A DNA stretch of 64,000 bases from Octopus bimaculoides (taxonomy: Eukaryota). The stretch lies in assembly GCF_001194135.2 (NCBI RefSeq), contig NC_068981.1:31854499-31918498 (forward strand). Reading direction: 5' to 3'. Positions 1 through 13,614 of this stretch are shown here, one piece after another. The notes beneath the pieces are model-generated. The model was given only the letters and a program-made list of their open reading frames with translations, made no database searches and was not told the origin of the DNA. Positions within the stretch are counted from its first letter, which is position 1, and each line of letters begins with the position of its first letter. The translations under genes and the position numbers were made by a program.

Positions 1-44
1 TTCTTCTTCTTCTTCTTCTTCTTCTTCTACCTCTTATTTTTCAT

Positions 45-165
45 AGTTCACATTCCGCCGAAGTCGACTTCACCTTTCATTCTTCCTGGGTTGATAAAAT
101 GAGTATCAGTCGAAATTTGAGGGTCAATGTAATTGACTTATTCACTTCCAGATCTTGCTGGCTAT
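45..165 (+). mobile_element. Degenerate fragment of tRNA-derived SINE family A (3' half)
   Basis: gttcacattccgccgaagtcgacttcacctttcattcttcc...gtcaatgtaattgac matches the better copies at 15795 (+) and 36190 (-). Confidence 0.5.
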
Positions 166-180
166 CTGCCAAAATTTAAA

Positions 181-1530
181 ATCATTATTACTGTTATTAT
201 TACAATTAGCTTCTTTCAATTTTCTTTCCGTTTTTTTTTTTTTTGCCGAGTGTCTTCCAAAAACCTAGGGCAAAGAAACTCACTGTATACATTGGTCGAT
301 CATTAAAATAAACACTCCATATTGTTCATTTAGAAAGTCGTGTGATAGAAAAAAATGGAAAGCAGAGCAAAAAGGAAAAAAAGAAAAAAAAGGAAAAAAG
401 AAGACAAAACAAAGAAAAATAAGGGGGAAAGGGAAAATAATTTCACAGCGACAATGCCCTTCTCAATACCTGTGACGTATCAGTTAAGAGAGGTTTTTGC
501 ATTTCCTGTACGGATGGTAAGACAAGGATCATCTTCAAGTAATTTTCATCATTTCAAGTGCTCCTACAATCATTGATATGCTAACCGTCTTGAGATGACA
601 CATTTTTTTATTTCAATCCGCAAATCTTTATATTTTGTGAACTCATTAAATTCTNNNNNNNNNNNNNNNNNNNNNNNNNNNNNNNNNNNNNNNNNNNNNN
701 NNNNNNNNNNNNNNNNNNNNNNNNNNNNNNNNNNNNNNNNNNNNNNNNNNNNNNNNNNNNNNNNNNNNNNNNNNNNNNNNNNNNNNNNNNNNNNNNNNNN
801 NNNNNNNNNNNNNNNNNNNNNNNNNNNNNNNNNNNNNNNNNNNNNNNNNNNNNNNNNNNNNNNNNNNNNNNNNNNNNNNNNNNNNNNNNNNNNNNNNNNN
901 NNNNNNNNNNNNNNNNNNNNNNNNNNNNNNNNNNNNNNNNNNNNNNNNNNNNNNNNNNNNNNNNNNNNNNNNNNNNNNNNNNNNNNNNNNNNNNNNNNNN
1001 NNNNNNNNNNNNNNNNNNNNNNNNNNNNNNNNNNNNNNNNNNNNNNNNNNNNNNNNNNNNNNNNNNNNNNNNNNNNNNNNNNNNNNNNNNNNNNNNNNNN
1101 NNNNNNNNNNNNNNNNATCATCTTCAAGTAATTTTCATCATTTCAAGTGCTCCTACAATCATTGATATGCTAACCGTCTTGAGATGACACATTTTTTTAT
1201 TTCAATCCGCAAATCTTTATATTTTGTGAACTCATTAAATTCTTTTCCCTAGATATTATAATCGCAAGGTATGCTCATGTCAATCAATAAACAGATTTCA
1301 TTATTTTGATCTTTCGCAACACCATCTGGTTTTTTAGCTTTGATGGTCCTGTGTGTATGTACTGGAAAGTCTCAAAGAATCGTTACATTTTCTCCGAGTT
1401 ACAGCCGCAGTTACAGCCGTAGTTTGTAGCATTTCTCAACAGTCTTTATTTTATAATGCCGACATATTATCCAGTAAAGTTATTGGCTACCACTGTCATG
1501 TCTAGACTTATATTCTACTTGTGCTAAAAC
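181..1530 (-). mobile_element. 5'-truncated R4/Dong-clade non-LTR retrotransposon, copy 1 (restriction-like endonuclease end plus 3' UTR), interrupted by an N gap
   Basis: Minus-strand translation gives ENVTIL*DFPVHTHRTIKAKKPD...LFIDMSIPCDYNI*GKEFNEFTKYKDLRIEIKK, a decayed PD-(D/E)xK REL motif. The 3' UTR (ccgagtgt..cctagg..tca.tgtat.catt) is shared with copy 2. Confidence 0.75.
655..1116. other. Assembly gap whose flanks duplicate 127 bp (528-654 = 1117-1243)
   Basis: The same sequence atcatcttcaagt...cattaaattct lies on both sides of the N run. Confidence 0.9.
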
Positions 1531-1536
1531 TTCATT

Positions 1537-1577
1537 ATTGTTGTTGTTGTTGTTATTGTTATTATTATTATTATTTT
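1537..1577. repeat. (TTG)n/(TTA)n microsatellite between the two R4/Dong copies
   Basis: Read directly from the sequence. Confidence 0.9.
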
Positions 1578-1639
1578 ATGTTTGACTTTTGTTTTGCATT
1601 NNNNNNNNNNTTTTCCTATTATATTGTTTTTTTTCCTAT

Positions 1640-2518
1640 TATATTGTTTTTTTTCCTATTCCTTCAAATTTTCTTCCATTTCTCACCGAGTGTTTACCGT
1701 ACACCTAGGACAGAAAAGTTCATTGTATGCATTCCCAGTTTACACACGCAAATTCACAGGTAAAATATGTATTTAAAAAAAATTATAAATAAATAAATTC
1801 ATGAATGGGTGTTGTTTTCACAGCGATAATGCTTTTCTCAGTATATGAGTCGTTCCAGTTAACATGATTTTTTGCACTTCCTGTAGGGATGGTAAGCCTG
1901 GTATCATTTTCAAATAGGCTTCAGTACCTTTTTTTTTTTATCATTCCTAGAGATCCTACAATCACTAGTACGGTAGTCGCCTTTAGGTGCCACATTTTTT
2001 CAATTTCTATTAACAATTCTTTATATTTACTGATCTTGTCAAATTCTTTCGCCGCTATATTATGATCACAGGGAATACTCATGTCAATTAATAAACACAT
2101 CTTCTTTGTCTGATCTTTTATAATAATATCCGGTTTATTAGTTTTTATCGTCTTGTTGGTATGTACGGGGAAGTCCCAGAGAATCGATACATTTTCTCCT
2201 TCAGTCACAGCTTCAGGATGGTGTTTATACCCTTTGTCAGCGGTTTTGATTTTATAATGCCGCCATATTGTCCAGTGTAAATACTGGCCGACTCTGTCAT
2301 GTTTTGCTTTATATTCTAAGGTGCTAAGACTCTACACCCTGAGATTAGGTGGTCTATAGTTTAAATCTCATCGTTACAGAATCGGAATTTTGGGTCAGCT
2401 CCATTTTTTATCACATTGGCTTGGTAGTTCCGGGTTAATAAGCTTTGGTCTTGAGCATTTAATATGAAACCTTCACTCTGTGCTTTTTGCCCTGAGCTTC
2501 GTAACCATTGATGCGTGT
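1640..2518 (-). mobile_element. 5'-truncated R4/Dong-clade non-LTR retrotransposon, copy 2 (CCHC zinc knuckle, REL endonuclease, 3' UTR)
   Basis: Minus strand reads QWLRSSG..SEGFILNAQDQSLLTRNYQANVIKNGADPKFRFC....TIDHLISGCRVLA...HDRVGQYLHW...ENVSILWDFPVHTNKTIKTNKPDIIIKD..KMCLLIDMSIPCDHNIAAKEFDKISKYKELLIEIEKMW, with stops and frameshifts. Confidence 0.9.
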
Positions 2519-2556
2519 GTATTATTATTATTATTAATATAATAATAATAATAATA

Positions 2557-2606
<50 letters not shown>
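2519..2606. repeat. (ATT)n/(AAT)n microsatellite with internal strand switches
   Basis: attattatt-aatataataataat-tattattatt read directly. Confidence 0.9.
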
Positions 2607-2609
<3 letters not shown>

Positions 2610-4149
2610 AAAGTTTTTCTCTTATAAATTCTAGGTTCACGGTATTTTATTTTATATAATTCAGTTACCTGCAATAATTTATACTGCAGTTACATTGGAA
2701 CCCGAAACACTTGTTTATGAATGTTGTAAAAGGTAATGTAGAGAGCCCAATTTTTATAAACTAATTCAAATATTTCCTTATACTGAATTCTACTAGTTAA
2801 TATTGTCTATAATTGTCATTTGTCATTCAAGAACATTTACGATTTCACAAGATTTTATTTCGTATAGCAAATATTATATTTATATTTTCATTTTTTTTTC
2901 TGACATTTTTTATTATTCTAAGTATTTCTGATATTACATTTAAAATAAACTATACAAGTAAAATAAAACATAAGGAATTATATATTGCCAACAGGCTTAT
3001 TTCCTTTGGCTATATATTAAATTCCTCTCATCACAAGACATTCCTTAGGCAAATTTTGAAAAGGAAGCCGCAAATATAAAGAGTGAAAAACCAGTTTTAT
3101 GCGTCTAGCAGCTTTTTAGTCTCGTGTGCAAAAGTTTCAAAAAATATAAATAAATAAATAATCTGAAAATATAAATAAAATAATAGGCAATTTTGGCTGT
3201 GTCTGCTTCAGTAAGTTTTCTTTATGAGTGACCACATGTTACTATAAATAGGGTGAGGTTTTCATCGCTATTGTTACCCACGTCCAAATATACTGCCTCA
3301 TAATAATTTCATAAACTTTCAATCTCTGTATAAAACAAATATGCACTTCTCTTCTAATAAGCGTTTCCAGTGTCTATTTTGTTGTAGTTTTGTATTGTAT
3401 ATATACTATATGTCTGTGGTAATTGCTTTTTTAAAAAATTATTTTAACATAGTTATAGATTCTATTTAAAATCAAGATCGACTTATTTTAAAACAGTTTA
3501 GATAAAATTGTAACTCGGCCTCCAAGTATTATTCAATTTAATTGTTGTAACAATATCCATAAGCTTACCAATTATCCTCGCTCATATAACAATATGAACA
3601 CGTAATGTTAAGTTCAATGTTCAGTCTGTTCATACCCTCAGCCATATTATGAGGAACTTAATCCAATATAATCAAAAGGCTGGTAAATGACAGCAAAGGG
3701 GTATTTTCTGGGCAATATTGGAAAACATTTCTTACTGAGAGATAACCATAACAAACCAGATTATATAAGAGCAACAATCGATCATCAGTTCCAATATTAT
3801 TTTCACCATATCACAGGTCATAGCAACAACTGTCTACCGACAGCCATAGCGTGACGGCATTTCAGCAGCAAGTAAATTCATTTAAAAAGCAATTCTACTA
3901 AATTAACTACTAAAAACTCATAGAAAAGTTTTCAATCTTTGCATGCGCATTTCACATCTAAAGCACATTATATCTACATGTTTTTCTTCGGTCATACATC
4001 TTCCCTCATTTCCACAAGCTGGAGTGTCCCGTGCAGGTTCCCGAAGCCAGTAAGGCTCGTGCTGTTAATATTCTATGTAGCCTGCTGTAAGTCAGTGCAT
4101 GCAGGAAAGATAGTAATTAGGGATGAGATTTCAATGTGGCGATGCTCTA

Positions 4150-5260
4150 GGAAAGGACAACTGGCCATAGAGGTTAATGCGAGTTTAAGGCTTTTCGATA
4201 AACCATGTGAGGCAAGATAGGAAAAGACAAATAACAGCTGTATTTGAATGCATTACTGGAAGAAGCACGAGACCATTTGGCTCCGAGGAACCGAGTCCAT
4301 TTTTGTAGTAGTAAGAAAAGAAAACCGATAAGAGATGGTACATTTGTGAGCTAAGAGAATGTATGCCACACAGTGGGATGATCTTTCTCAGAATATATTC
4401 TACGCTTCTCTGTGTGCAGTAGCAGCACTGTTTCAGAAGTTGCATACATTTGAATATTGCAGATTGTCAACAACAGCAGGGGTCTGAAATATTTTCGGAA
4501 CCTGAAGAGACGGACCAGTATTTAGTATGTATTCCTAGCTATGTTGAAGATGTAATTTACCAAGGATGAAACTACGGTGATAATAAGACCTGACATCTAG
4601 AGGGGCCGTAAAGTCACTAACTGAATGTTGATCATGCTTAAAGATAGTGTGATATAAAGATGCTGTCTTGATATAAGCAACAACTGTTTGTTTGTTGTTT
4701 TGTTTTATTTTTGTATTCATAAGTGCATGAGTCTTGGGGTGTACGGCAAAAGAGAGACGGTTATTATAGCCTTATCGATGCATTCGTAGAGATATTTTTT
4801 CATGGAATCAATGGAGTTTTTCCGTTTAATGTCTCAAGATATATCTCGAAGTAGCTTTGCATGGGAAGATCAAAGAAAAACAAAGTATTAGCAGAGTAAC
4901 TTTGAAATATAAAAAGAATAGTATGCAAAACAAGACAAAACAATAGACATGCCACTATGGATTGTGAGTGGAACGTAGAAGACTCCGTCCATATGGGCTG
5001 ATATGATGTGAAGGCAGGCACCGATGCAAGAATGGTGGTGGCTATAGGCGTAAAGTTTATATAGGACATTCACGCGCAAAGTACAGTTGAAATGTACGCT
5101 ACGTCAACAACATAGCTTGCAGCGAATTTTTCTTAGGTGAGAAACACTGACGGTTCACACTGAACAGATATTCTGTTGAAGCACCACTGGTCGTTCGCTG
5201 AGAGAGAGGAGTGAATGATTGGAAATGTTTGAGATATTACTGTGAATAGTAGTCGCCATT
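4150..5260 (+). mobile_element. Highly decayed Ty3/Gypsy-like pol remnant (RT and RNase H)
   Basis: Colinear motif relics across frames: SIFVVVRKEN (4293), FEYCRL (4449), YVEDVI resembling YxDD (4540), TDA (5020), FTL...PLV (5154). YxDD-to-DAS spacing is about 480 nt, as expected for Gypsy. No LTRs seen. Confidence 0.45.
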
Positions 5261-5863
5261 ACTCTTGAGATATAAAAAAATGAGAGCAATAAGACGATGA
5301 TGCACAGGACGGGAATATGTACGTTTCCTGCCAATTGGTTCACATTATAACGTTTCCAAAATACCAATAACATTGACAGATTAAAGCTTTTGTTAGGCAT
5401 AAGATTAAGCTGTGAGGATCAAATTTAGAGTAAAGAAAGATCACCAAAATTGAAGTATTCGTTTGAAGCATATAAGCAGTGATGTGGTATATCTAGGACA
5501 ATTAGTATAGGAATTTAGCTGTTTCAGTAGTTGTAAAGAAACAATACTTTGACTGCCATTGAGACACCAACAACTTACAAATATTAAAATATATTATACA
5601 GGCTCATCAACCTAGAAATTTTTCAATGTTTAATACTCTCATCGACAACTCCAATTCTTTCATAGTCTATCCAGTGATATCTCATTTTATTTACTACCAA
5701 CGGGCCACTAATGATAGAAAAAAAAAGACGTGAATGCAAGAATTATACACATATGAGCACGAGAGAAACCAAACAAAATTGTATAAAATATAGGAGAGAG
5801 GTTTACATGAGGTATGGGAGAATATACAAAAAATAACAACAGACGAGGACAGGTGGTGTAAAT

Positions 5864-5910
<47 letters not shown>

Positions 5911-7427
5911 GAAATATATATGTATTTATGAAGCCATAATTCATTATAATGAACATATATTAAATAAAAGATAGTGGTAATTTAAAATAAAGTGGCCATA
6001 TACTCAGCAGACAGGTTGAGACAAAGAAATCTCCGACACTGGCCATTCATCAGGCTTTGAAACTGATATTTTCAAAGGGGACCACGAATAACTTTTGCTG
6101 TGTGACTGAACCAGAATTGCCCTCTATTGAGTGTAATTGCATATTATTAGATAACCAAGGGATGCTAATTTAATTTTTATTAGCGTTCTGTCATTCGAGA
6201 CTTCGACAAAGTCCCTTACAGTCTTTCCTCTCATTCAATATATTCAGTATCACTGTAGGTTTCTTTTGTTATGTTTGAAAGTGATGAACTATCGATTTCC
6301 TTCGGCCTTACTAAGATATATTGGTCGTTTCTGGCGGGAATAGTTCTTTTACTGGTGTGATGATGAGATCTTTTTTCTACTTCGTGTCTCTTCCACCGTC
6401 TCCAGTAGTATGAGACTACTCGTCTTCCATCTCATCCTCATTATCACAGACAATGCCCTGGCACTGCTGGTCCCACGAAACTATTGCTGGTAGTTGTTTT
6501 AAAGATTCGACTCAAGACTGATCAAACAGTCTTTAGAAATCAGATATTTTAGAGATACCTAGGCTTCATATCTCATGCTTCTTTCCTTTTTTTAATATAG
6601 TCAGTTGAGAGTGATAGGGATGCCATATCAAGCTATTGGAGCCAAAGGGTAATGTAACCCTCGCTCTTTCAGACAAGTTCTTTTTGTGGTTTGGTGGGCG
6701 AGATGCTATAGCAGCAGTAGTATACACTAACAACCAAATAACGTTATTTATTTGATATTTATTCCAGCTGTCATTTCCCCTAACTTTTCCTCATTTCATT
6801 TATTAAGCATTATTAAGCGTATGAAATTATTAAGCGTTATTCTTTACGTATGAAAGATATTCACTGCGAAAATTTTATTTTCCCCATCATGTTCAATACA
6901 AAGTAAAGAAGTGAATTGATAAGTAAATACCGGGTTTCTATGTTATTAAGTACCCAGTAGGTAGTCTGTACATAGAAATTAAATGTTTTATCCATCTACA
7001 CTAATCTGTCGTTTTTTGCATGCTATACCGACGACTTCAAAAATGGCAACATATAGATGAAACCATTAGGTGCACTTACACATATATGAAAAATACATAG
7101 ATATGTGTATGCGTAGGGATGTATGAACGTACATAAATATATACGTTTGTGTTTATAAGACCCATGTTTCTTTTGATTAAATAACAGGGGTTCTCTCTTA
7201 CTTATGAGAAAAAAAATATTTTTATTAACAGCGTCGCTGGTATTACTGCAGCAAGAAGCAGAAGCGGTATTAATAGTAGCGGTGAGAGGGAAATAGATGG
7301 AGAGAGGGTGGTCTCCAATATGCTTTGCAATATTTTGTTAGCCGTGGGTTATTTTTGTTTTTGTATCTATTCGTGTATTTATTATTACTTTGTTTATCCA
7401 ATATTTACTTTATACATACACACACGC

Positions 7428-7477
<50 letters not shown>

Positions 7478-7487
7478 CGTGTTTTCA

Positions 7488-7523
<36 letters not shown>

Positions 7524-8934
7524 CATGCATATGTGTATATATACTTATACATACATATATGCACAAATACATATACGCACATATGTATACATGCACACCC
7601 ACGCACATGAAGACACACTCACATATATCTCAGGAAAAAAGCGCATTACCAAGAAGTAAGATGAAATATAAATGTTATCTATGGAAATGTCAAGCGCCAT
7701 TTCGTGATATCTATTCAGATTAAATTTACTAAATGATATCCTTTAGTATTATTTTTTATGCCTCTCCTTTATATTCTTACTCTCGCCAACCCTCTTCTTT
7801 TAACTATTTCTCTTTTAACTATTTCTTCTTTTAACATATTCTCAAAGTTTCTTATAAACTGGAATGTAAAAAAGAAATCAATAGTGTACCACAAATTCGA
7901 CAACAATAACATATTGAATTATTATAGTTTAAACTCCTGTTGATAATTCGATTCTTCCAATTAAAACATCTTTGTCTGGGATATTATTAACTAAATAAAT
8001 ACTTAATGCATAAATATGCCCATGGCTTTCAAATTCTTTTTAAATAAAGAGTGTGAGAAGAAAGGAGAGATTGAAAGAAAAAAAATGGTGATATGATGTA
8101 TGTTTCGAAAATAATGCATAGTTTTATGCGAAATTTTAATGGATTCTGTTTTGCATGCAAATGTAATTTTACTATAAATTTGAAAAAAGACAACTTCTAC
8201 GTAGCATTCTAAAATAAGTTTTGGCAGAAAATCCTTTTAAAACACTAAATCGATAAGAAAATACCAAGAATAATTGTAAGCGATATATGGAATATATGCA
8301 TAGACATGAAACATATTTTCTTTTCATTTATTTTCGTTTTTCTGTTTTACATTTCAAGTTTCTTTATACAGCTCAAGTGATTCGAATCTATAAATTCATA
8401 GTATTATATGAAAATAAATTTATAATAATTTATATGTATATCAGACAATAAAAACTTATTGATAACACTCATGATATGAATTTATCAACAAAATCAATTC
8501 AGTAAACGTAACAGTTGACATAATTTGGTTTACTTCTTCCGTACTGAAGGTATTTGAAGTATTTTGATACATCAGCTTCTTATCTGGATAGTGAACGAAG
8601 CGAAATTGGTTTATAGTCTAAGGAACATAATTAAAAACTATTCCATTTTGATACTAACAATATAACCTTAACAATCTATTTATATTTTCCTGTCTAGAAA
8701 GTAATATACATCATGATGTTCTGAGATTTATGGATTTCAAAACTCAACATACTGAACGCGAAATTTTTCATTGTATAATTTTAACTACAGTTCCATAGCG
8801 AAATACGTTACCTTTGTGATTCACCAACACCACAAGAATTGATGAAATATTCGTGTACTAAACTGTCTTTCATCACAAATCAATTATTACTTCTCATTAC
8901 TTCCCGTCTATGCGCGCCCGCACGCACACAAACG

Positions 8935-8965
<31 letters not shown>

Positions 8966-10339
8966 ACAAGAACAAACACACACACGCACACACACACGCA
9001 CACGCATACACGCACAACATATATATTGTTATTTCTGGGGACGGTCATATCCCTTTTTTTCCAAGTAACCACACGTATATATNNNNNNNNNNNNNNNNNN
9101 NNNNNNNNNNNNNNATATATATATATATATATACATACATACATATATATATATATAAATGTATATATGCGTGTGTGTGCGTGTAGTTATGTATGTAGGC
9201 ATATTTTTCTTGACCTGCAATTACCCTGGTAATTAAAACACAAAATCTCTTCTATGACTGTTTAATATCTAAAACCAATATGGAAATGTAACAACGCCGA
9301 TACTTTTTAGCTAATTTACATGTATATGTCCTCTGCGTACGTGTGTGATTTTCCGTTTCGTAGATATTCTTTGCGCGCGCGCGCGTGCTTACAGTTCTGT
9401 GTGCGCTTTGTTGTTTTTTCCTCATTTTTCAACCTAGATCGAGGACACCTGGTAAAATATTTCCCATTTGTGAATCTCGTATATCTAGTACTAAATTAGC
9501 GAATGGATCTTCTTATTCAAGTCAGTGCTGTTTAGACTGAGGTAGAATATGCTATTATTTTTAACAAGTCGAACAAGCAAAAAGTGACTCCATCATTGAG
9601 ACTTTTGTGTGTATGAGAGAATATTGGAGAGTAGACCAGAGTGTGTGTATTAAAATACAAATGCTTAATGATAATAAGCGTTGAAGAACCAGGCAATATT
9701 TTACAAGTAACTACTTCTATTTTAATAATAGAAAGCAATTTTCGTGAAGAACTTAGAACCAAAATGTGATTTCTTATTTCTATTCATATTTCCACTTTTC
9801 AAAATAAATCATATTAAAGTTTGCACTTGAATTCTTATTTAATGACTGTTGAATTGGTTCAAAATGATGACCAGACTTTGCTTATAGATCTCCCCACACA
9901 CCGTTGTTCATATGTGATTGAATTCAATTAAGCAATGTTTACCAAGGTGTTTCGATATCGAAAGAAATCTATTACTCTCACCTCCCTAATCTTGTAGAAA
10001 AAACAACGAGCCCAAACACAAGTAAATTATAAATTTGAAATCTAACAACAACAACAATAACAACAACAATGATAATATTCATAACCATTAAAGAAATACA
10101 AAGAAACTACAAAACAAAATATTAATCGTTTTCAAAAGATGAATTATTAAATGTAATTGCTTGCAACAACAAGAACAAAAACAATTACAGAACGCAAACA
10201 ATAAAAATAACAATGGAATCGGTATCAGAAAAATGGCAACCAGAAAGTACTGCAGGGTGCCTCTATGAAATCTTTGAATCATCTAAAAATAACAACTACA
10301 ATTCTACGGAAACATATGCTGCTATATTAACATTGATAA

Positions 10340-10617
10340 ATGGTTTTATGGTTGAGAAGTTTACACTGTAAACACGTTGTTCCGGGTTCATTCTCATTGG
10401 GCAGCACATTTGGAAAGTGTCTTTTCCAATAGCCCCGGGACGATCATGGCTTTGTGAATGAACTTAGTCGACGGAAACTATGTGGAAGCCCATCGTATAT
10501 AATATGCGCCCGCGTGTGTGTATGCGCGAGTGTATATGTTTTGTGTTTGTTTCCACCACCGTTCGACAACCGGTATTGTCTCCTTTACGTCCTCGCAAAT
10601 TAGCAGTCCAGTAAAAT
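10340..10617 (+). mobile_element. Degenerate tRNA-derived SINE family B
   Basis: tggttttatggttgagaag...ccgggttcattctc...aagtgtctttt..atagcc...gacggaaact...gaagccc...gacaaccggt matches the copies at 25822 and 55507. Confidence 0.65.
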
Positions 10618-11059
10618 ATTAGAAATATCCCAATAAAATAACTGAAGTCTATATAAAATCATATATTTTGAATTATGATTTTAGTGTATTCATGAACAAC
10701 TTATAAAACCAGACTTGTGTTGATTTAAGTATGTTAACTATATTATTTGTATAATCATCTATTTAAACTAAACAAAGGATTCGGAAGCTTTGGCGGGGTT
10801 TTTCAACTGTATGTCAAAGTCGGCTATTAGAACAGCGGCGTATGAAAGCATACATTTCGTATGTACTGAGGAGGACTAATTTATGACTGCTAAAGCTATA
10901 AGAATCTGTTACTTAAGAAGGTTAAAAGTCCTCATAATCTTTGCATGCTTTGGTTTTTTTTATTAACGAGGAGAATATCAGCTAAAACCAAAAGTATAAC
11001 AGGAGAAATGACAAATGATTCTGTGCAGATCCTTTTGATGCACCCATAGTGATACAAAA

Positions 11060-11610
11060 TAATATTCCAAAAACTGTAATGGCTTTAAGAGCGGGGGTAA
11101 CGAAAGTCATACCGTGCTACTTTACATATTTTCACAGGGGCTTAAAATTAATTCTGTCGGGTATATTGAGATGCAGGGGATAGGTAATAAAACCAGATAG
11201 GATGACGTCCGTAGGTTACAAGTGTCCTCAAAACTGATGTCGGACCATATTTATGGTTACGCAACACCAAACTTGCAGCCAACAAATTCGCCAGAATTAA
11301 ACCCCATAAACAAATGCGATTGGAGTGTTGTTGAAAGGGAAATTATTCAATATCTTCTCACTGCAGTACCATACTTGAAAGTCATTATTCTTCAAATGAT
11401 GCCCGACATGAATATGGAACATTTAGTACAAGCATGTCAAGGATTCTGGTTACGTATTGAAGCAGCCATAAAAAAAGTATAAAATATTCTTAAAAGAAAT
11501 CCTGTCAAGAAAATGAGGACTAATTTATTTTAAAATATATTTGGGTTATTCTTGATGCGAGTCAATCAATTAAATTACTAAAAATATCTTCTAACAACAC
11601 TCGCACAGTG
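11060..11610 (+). mobile_element. Decayed Tc1/mariner transposase C-terminus, maT (DD37D)-like
   Basis: ORF 11222-11482 reads MSDH..TPNLQPTNSPELNPINKCDWSVVERE...LKVII...MNMEHLVQACQGFWLRIEAAI, resembling WPPNSPDLNPLDY.VWSVVE...AC..F..RIEAVI. TIRs were not resolved. Confidence 0.6.
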
Positions 11611-11667
11611 TGTATATGCGTATATGTGTGTATACGTATATAGATGTATTTTAAATAATGGTCGTAT

Positions 11668-11703
<36 letters not shown>

Positions 11704-12359
11704 NNNNNNNNNNNNNNNNNNNNNNNNNNNNNNNNNNNNNNNNNNNNNNNNNNNNNNNNNNNNNNNNNNNNNNNNNNNNNNNNNNNNNNNNNNNNNNNNN
11801 NNNNNNNNNNNNNNNNNNNNNNNNNNNNNNNNNNNNNNNNNNNNNNNNNNNNNNNNNNNNNNNNNNNNNNNNNNNNNNNNNNNNNNNNNNNNNNNNNNNN
11901 NNNNNNNNNNNNNNNNNNNNNNNNNNNNNNNNNNNNNNNNNNNNNNNNNNNNNNNNNNNNNNNNNNNNNNNNNNNNNNNNNNNNNNNNNNNNNNNNNNNN
12001 NNNNNNNNNNNNNNNNNNNNNNNNNNNNNNNNNNNNNNNNNNNNNNNNNNNNNNNNNNNNNNNNNNNNNNNNNNNNNNNNNNNNNNNNNNNNNNNNNNNN
12101 NNNNNNNNNNNNNNNNNNNNNNNNNNNNNNNNNNNNNNNNNNNNNNNNNNNNNNNNNNNNNNNNNNNNNNNNNNNNNNNNNNNNNNNNNNNNNNNNNNNN
12201 NNNNNNNNNNNNNNNNNNNNNNNNNNNNNNNNNNNNNNNNNNNNNNNNNNNNNNNNNNNNNNNNNNNNNNNNNNNNNNNNNNNNNNNNNNNNNNNNNNNN
12301 NNNNNNNNNNNNNNNNNNNNNNNNNNNNNNNNNNNNNNNNNNNNNNNNNNNNNNNNNNN

Positions 12360-12404
<45 letters not shown>

Positions 12405-13235
12405 ATATGAATGTATGATCGTAAGTTAATAAGTTAGATTTGGGATATAGCTAAATACTTCACTACGATTGTAATTTAATACACATATATGATTATTTGA
12501 TTTCTTCAATTTCAGTTTTATCCTTCCTTTTAACTTCTTGTATTAGTTAGCATATTACATACATATTCAAATAGGAGATACAGCGAGTATAATATGTATA
12601 TACATATAAACGTATATATAAATGGGAGGAGAGGGGGAGAGATAAAGGGATAGATAAACAGATACAAAACAGACAGACAGACAAATGCATACGTATATGT
12701 ATATATATTTATATGCATATATCTGCATACATACATATTTACATATATATATGTGCTTTCGTGCGCTTAATTATATGAATATCTGTGTACCCCTCTGAGT
12801 ATACGTGGTTATATAAAAGAAAAATGCTTGCACTATGTCTAAGTTGTTTATAAAGGAAACAACATAAATGTATCAAAATTTGTCTTTAGATACAATAATA
12901 ATGCACATTTAAGAGAAAAAAATCCATATTTCTAGGATAAAAGCTAATATATGTGTATATATGTGTGTGTGTGTGCTTGTATGTGTGTGTTTGTGTACGT
13001 AGATATATATTTATAAAATATATGTAAAATATATATATATATATATAATTTAATAAATATATACATATATTCGTTGGTTTTTGAATATTTCTAATTTAAG
13101 ATATCAGAGAGCTTGCTGCGAATTTATTTCAAAGACTTCCTCTAAACGAAAGCATTCCTCGTGAAAATTTCAAATAGACAAAGGAAAACGTAAATCATAA
13201 TAATGTTTGAAAAGTGTTCCTTAAAAGACCCAGTT

Positions 13236-13245
<10 letters not shown>

Positions 13246-13330
<85 letters not shown>

Positions 13331-13341
13331 CATATATATAT
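13246..13341. repeat. (AT)n microsatellite, one of many that often border N gaps
   Basis: Read directly from the sequence. Confidence 0.95.
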
Positions 13342-13574
13342 AAACACAATTGCATATAAGAAACATGCAATTAAACAAGTACATGCATATATCAACACAA
13401 GTACGTATAAAGTCACATATGTATATAAACCATTGTATTTTCCGTGATGTATTTTGATTGAATATTCTTTAACACTTCCTTTCAGACTCTTGTGCAAACA
13501 TTCTAAATAATGACAATCTCATACATACGTATGTCTCTGTATGTATCATTGCATGTGTGTGCATGTAGGTTTCT

Positions 13575-13614
<40 letters not shown>

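Noticed and set aside
5993-6062. Minus-strand CTGATGA-A-TGGCCA...TGGCCA hammerhead start
   Set aside because: There is no GAAA or stem III after the putative stem II, so it is at best a truncated relic.
6195-6250. FDKVPYSL, resembling the LINE RT motif AFDKVPH
   Set aside because: It is a single short motif with no colinear support.
9438-9451. 14-nt AG..GT micro-exon candidate after a pyrimidine tract (a similar one lies near 47846-47859)
   Set aside because: Such signals occur by chance in AT-rich DNA, and there is no partner exon or homology.
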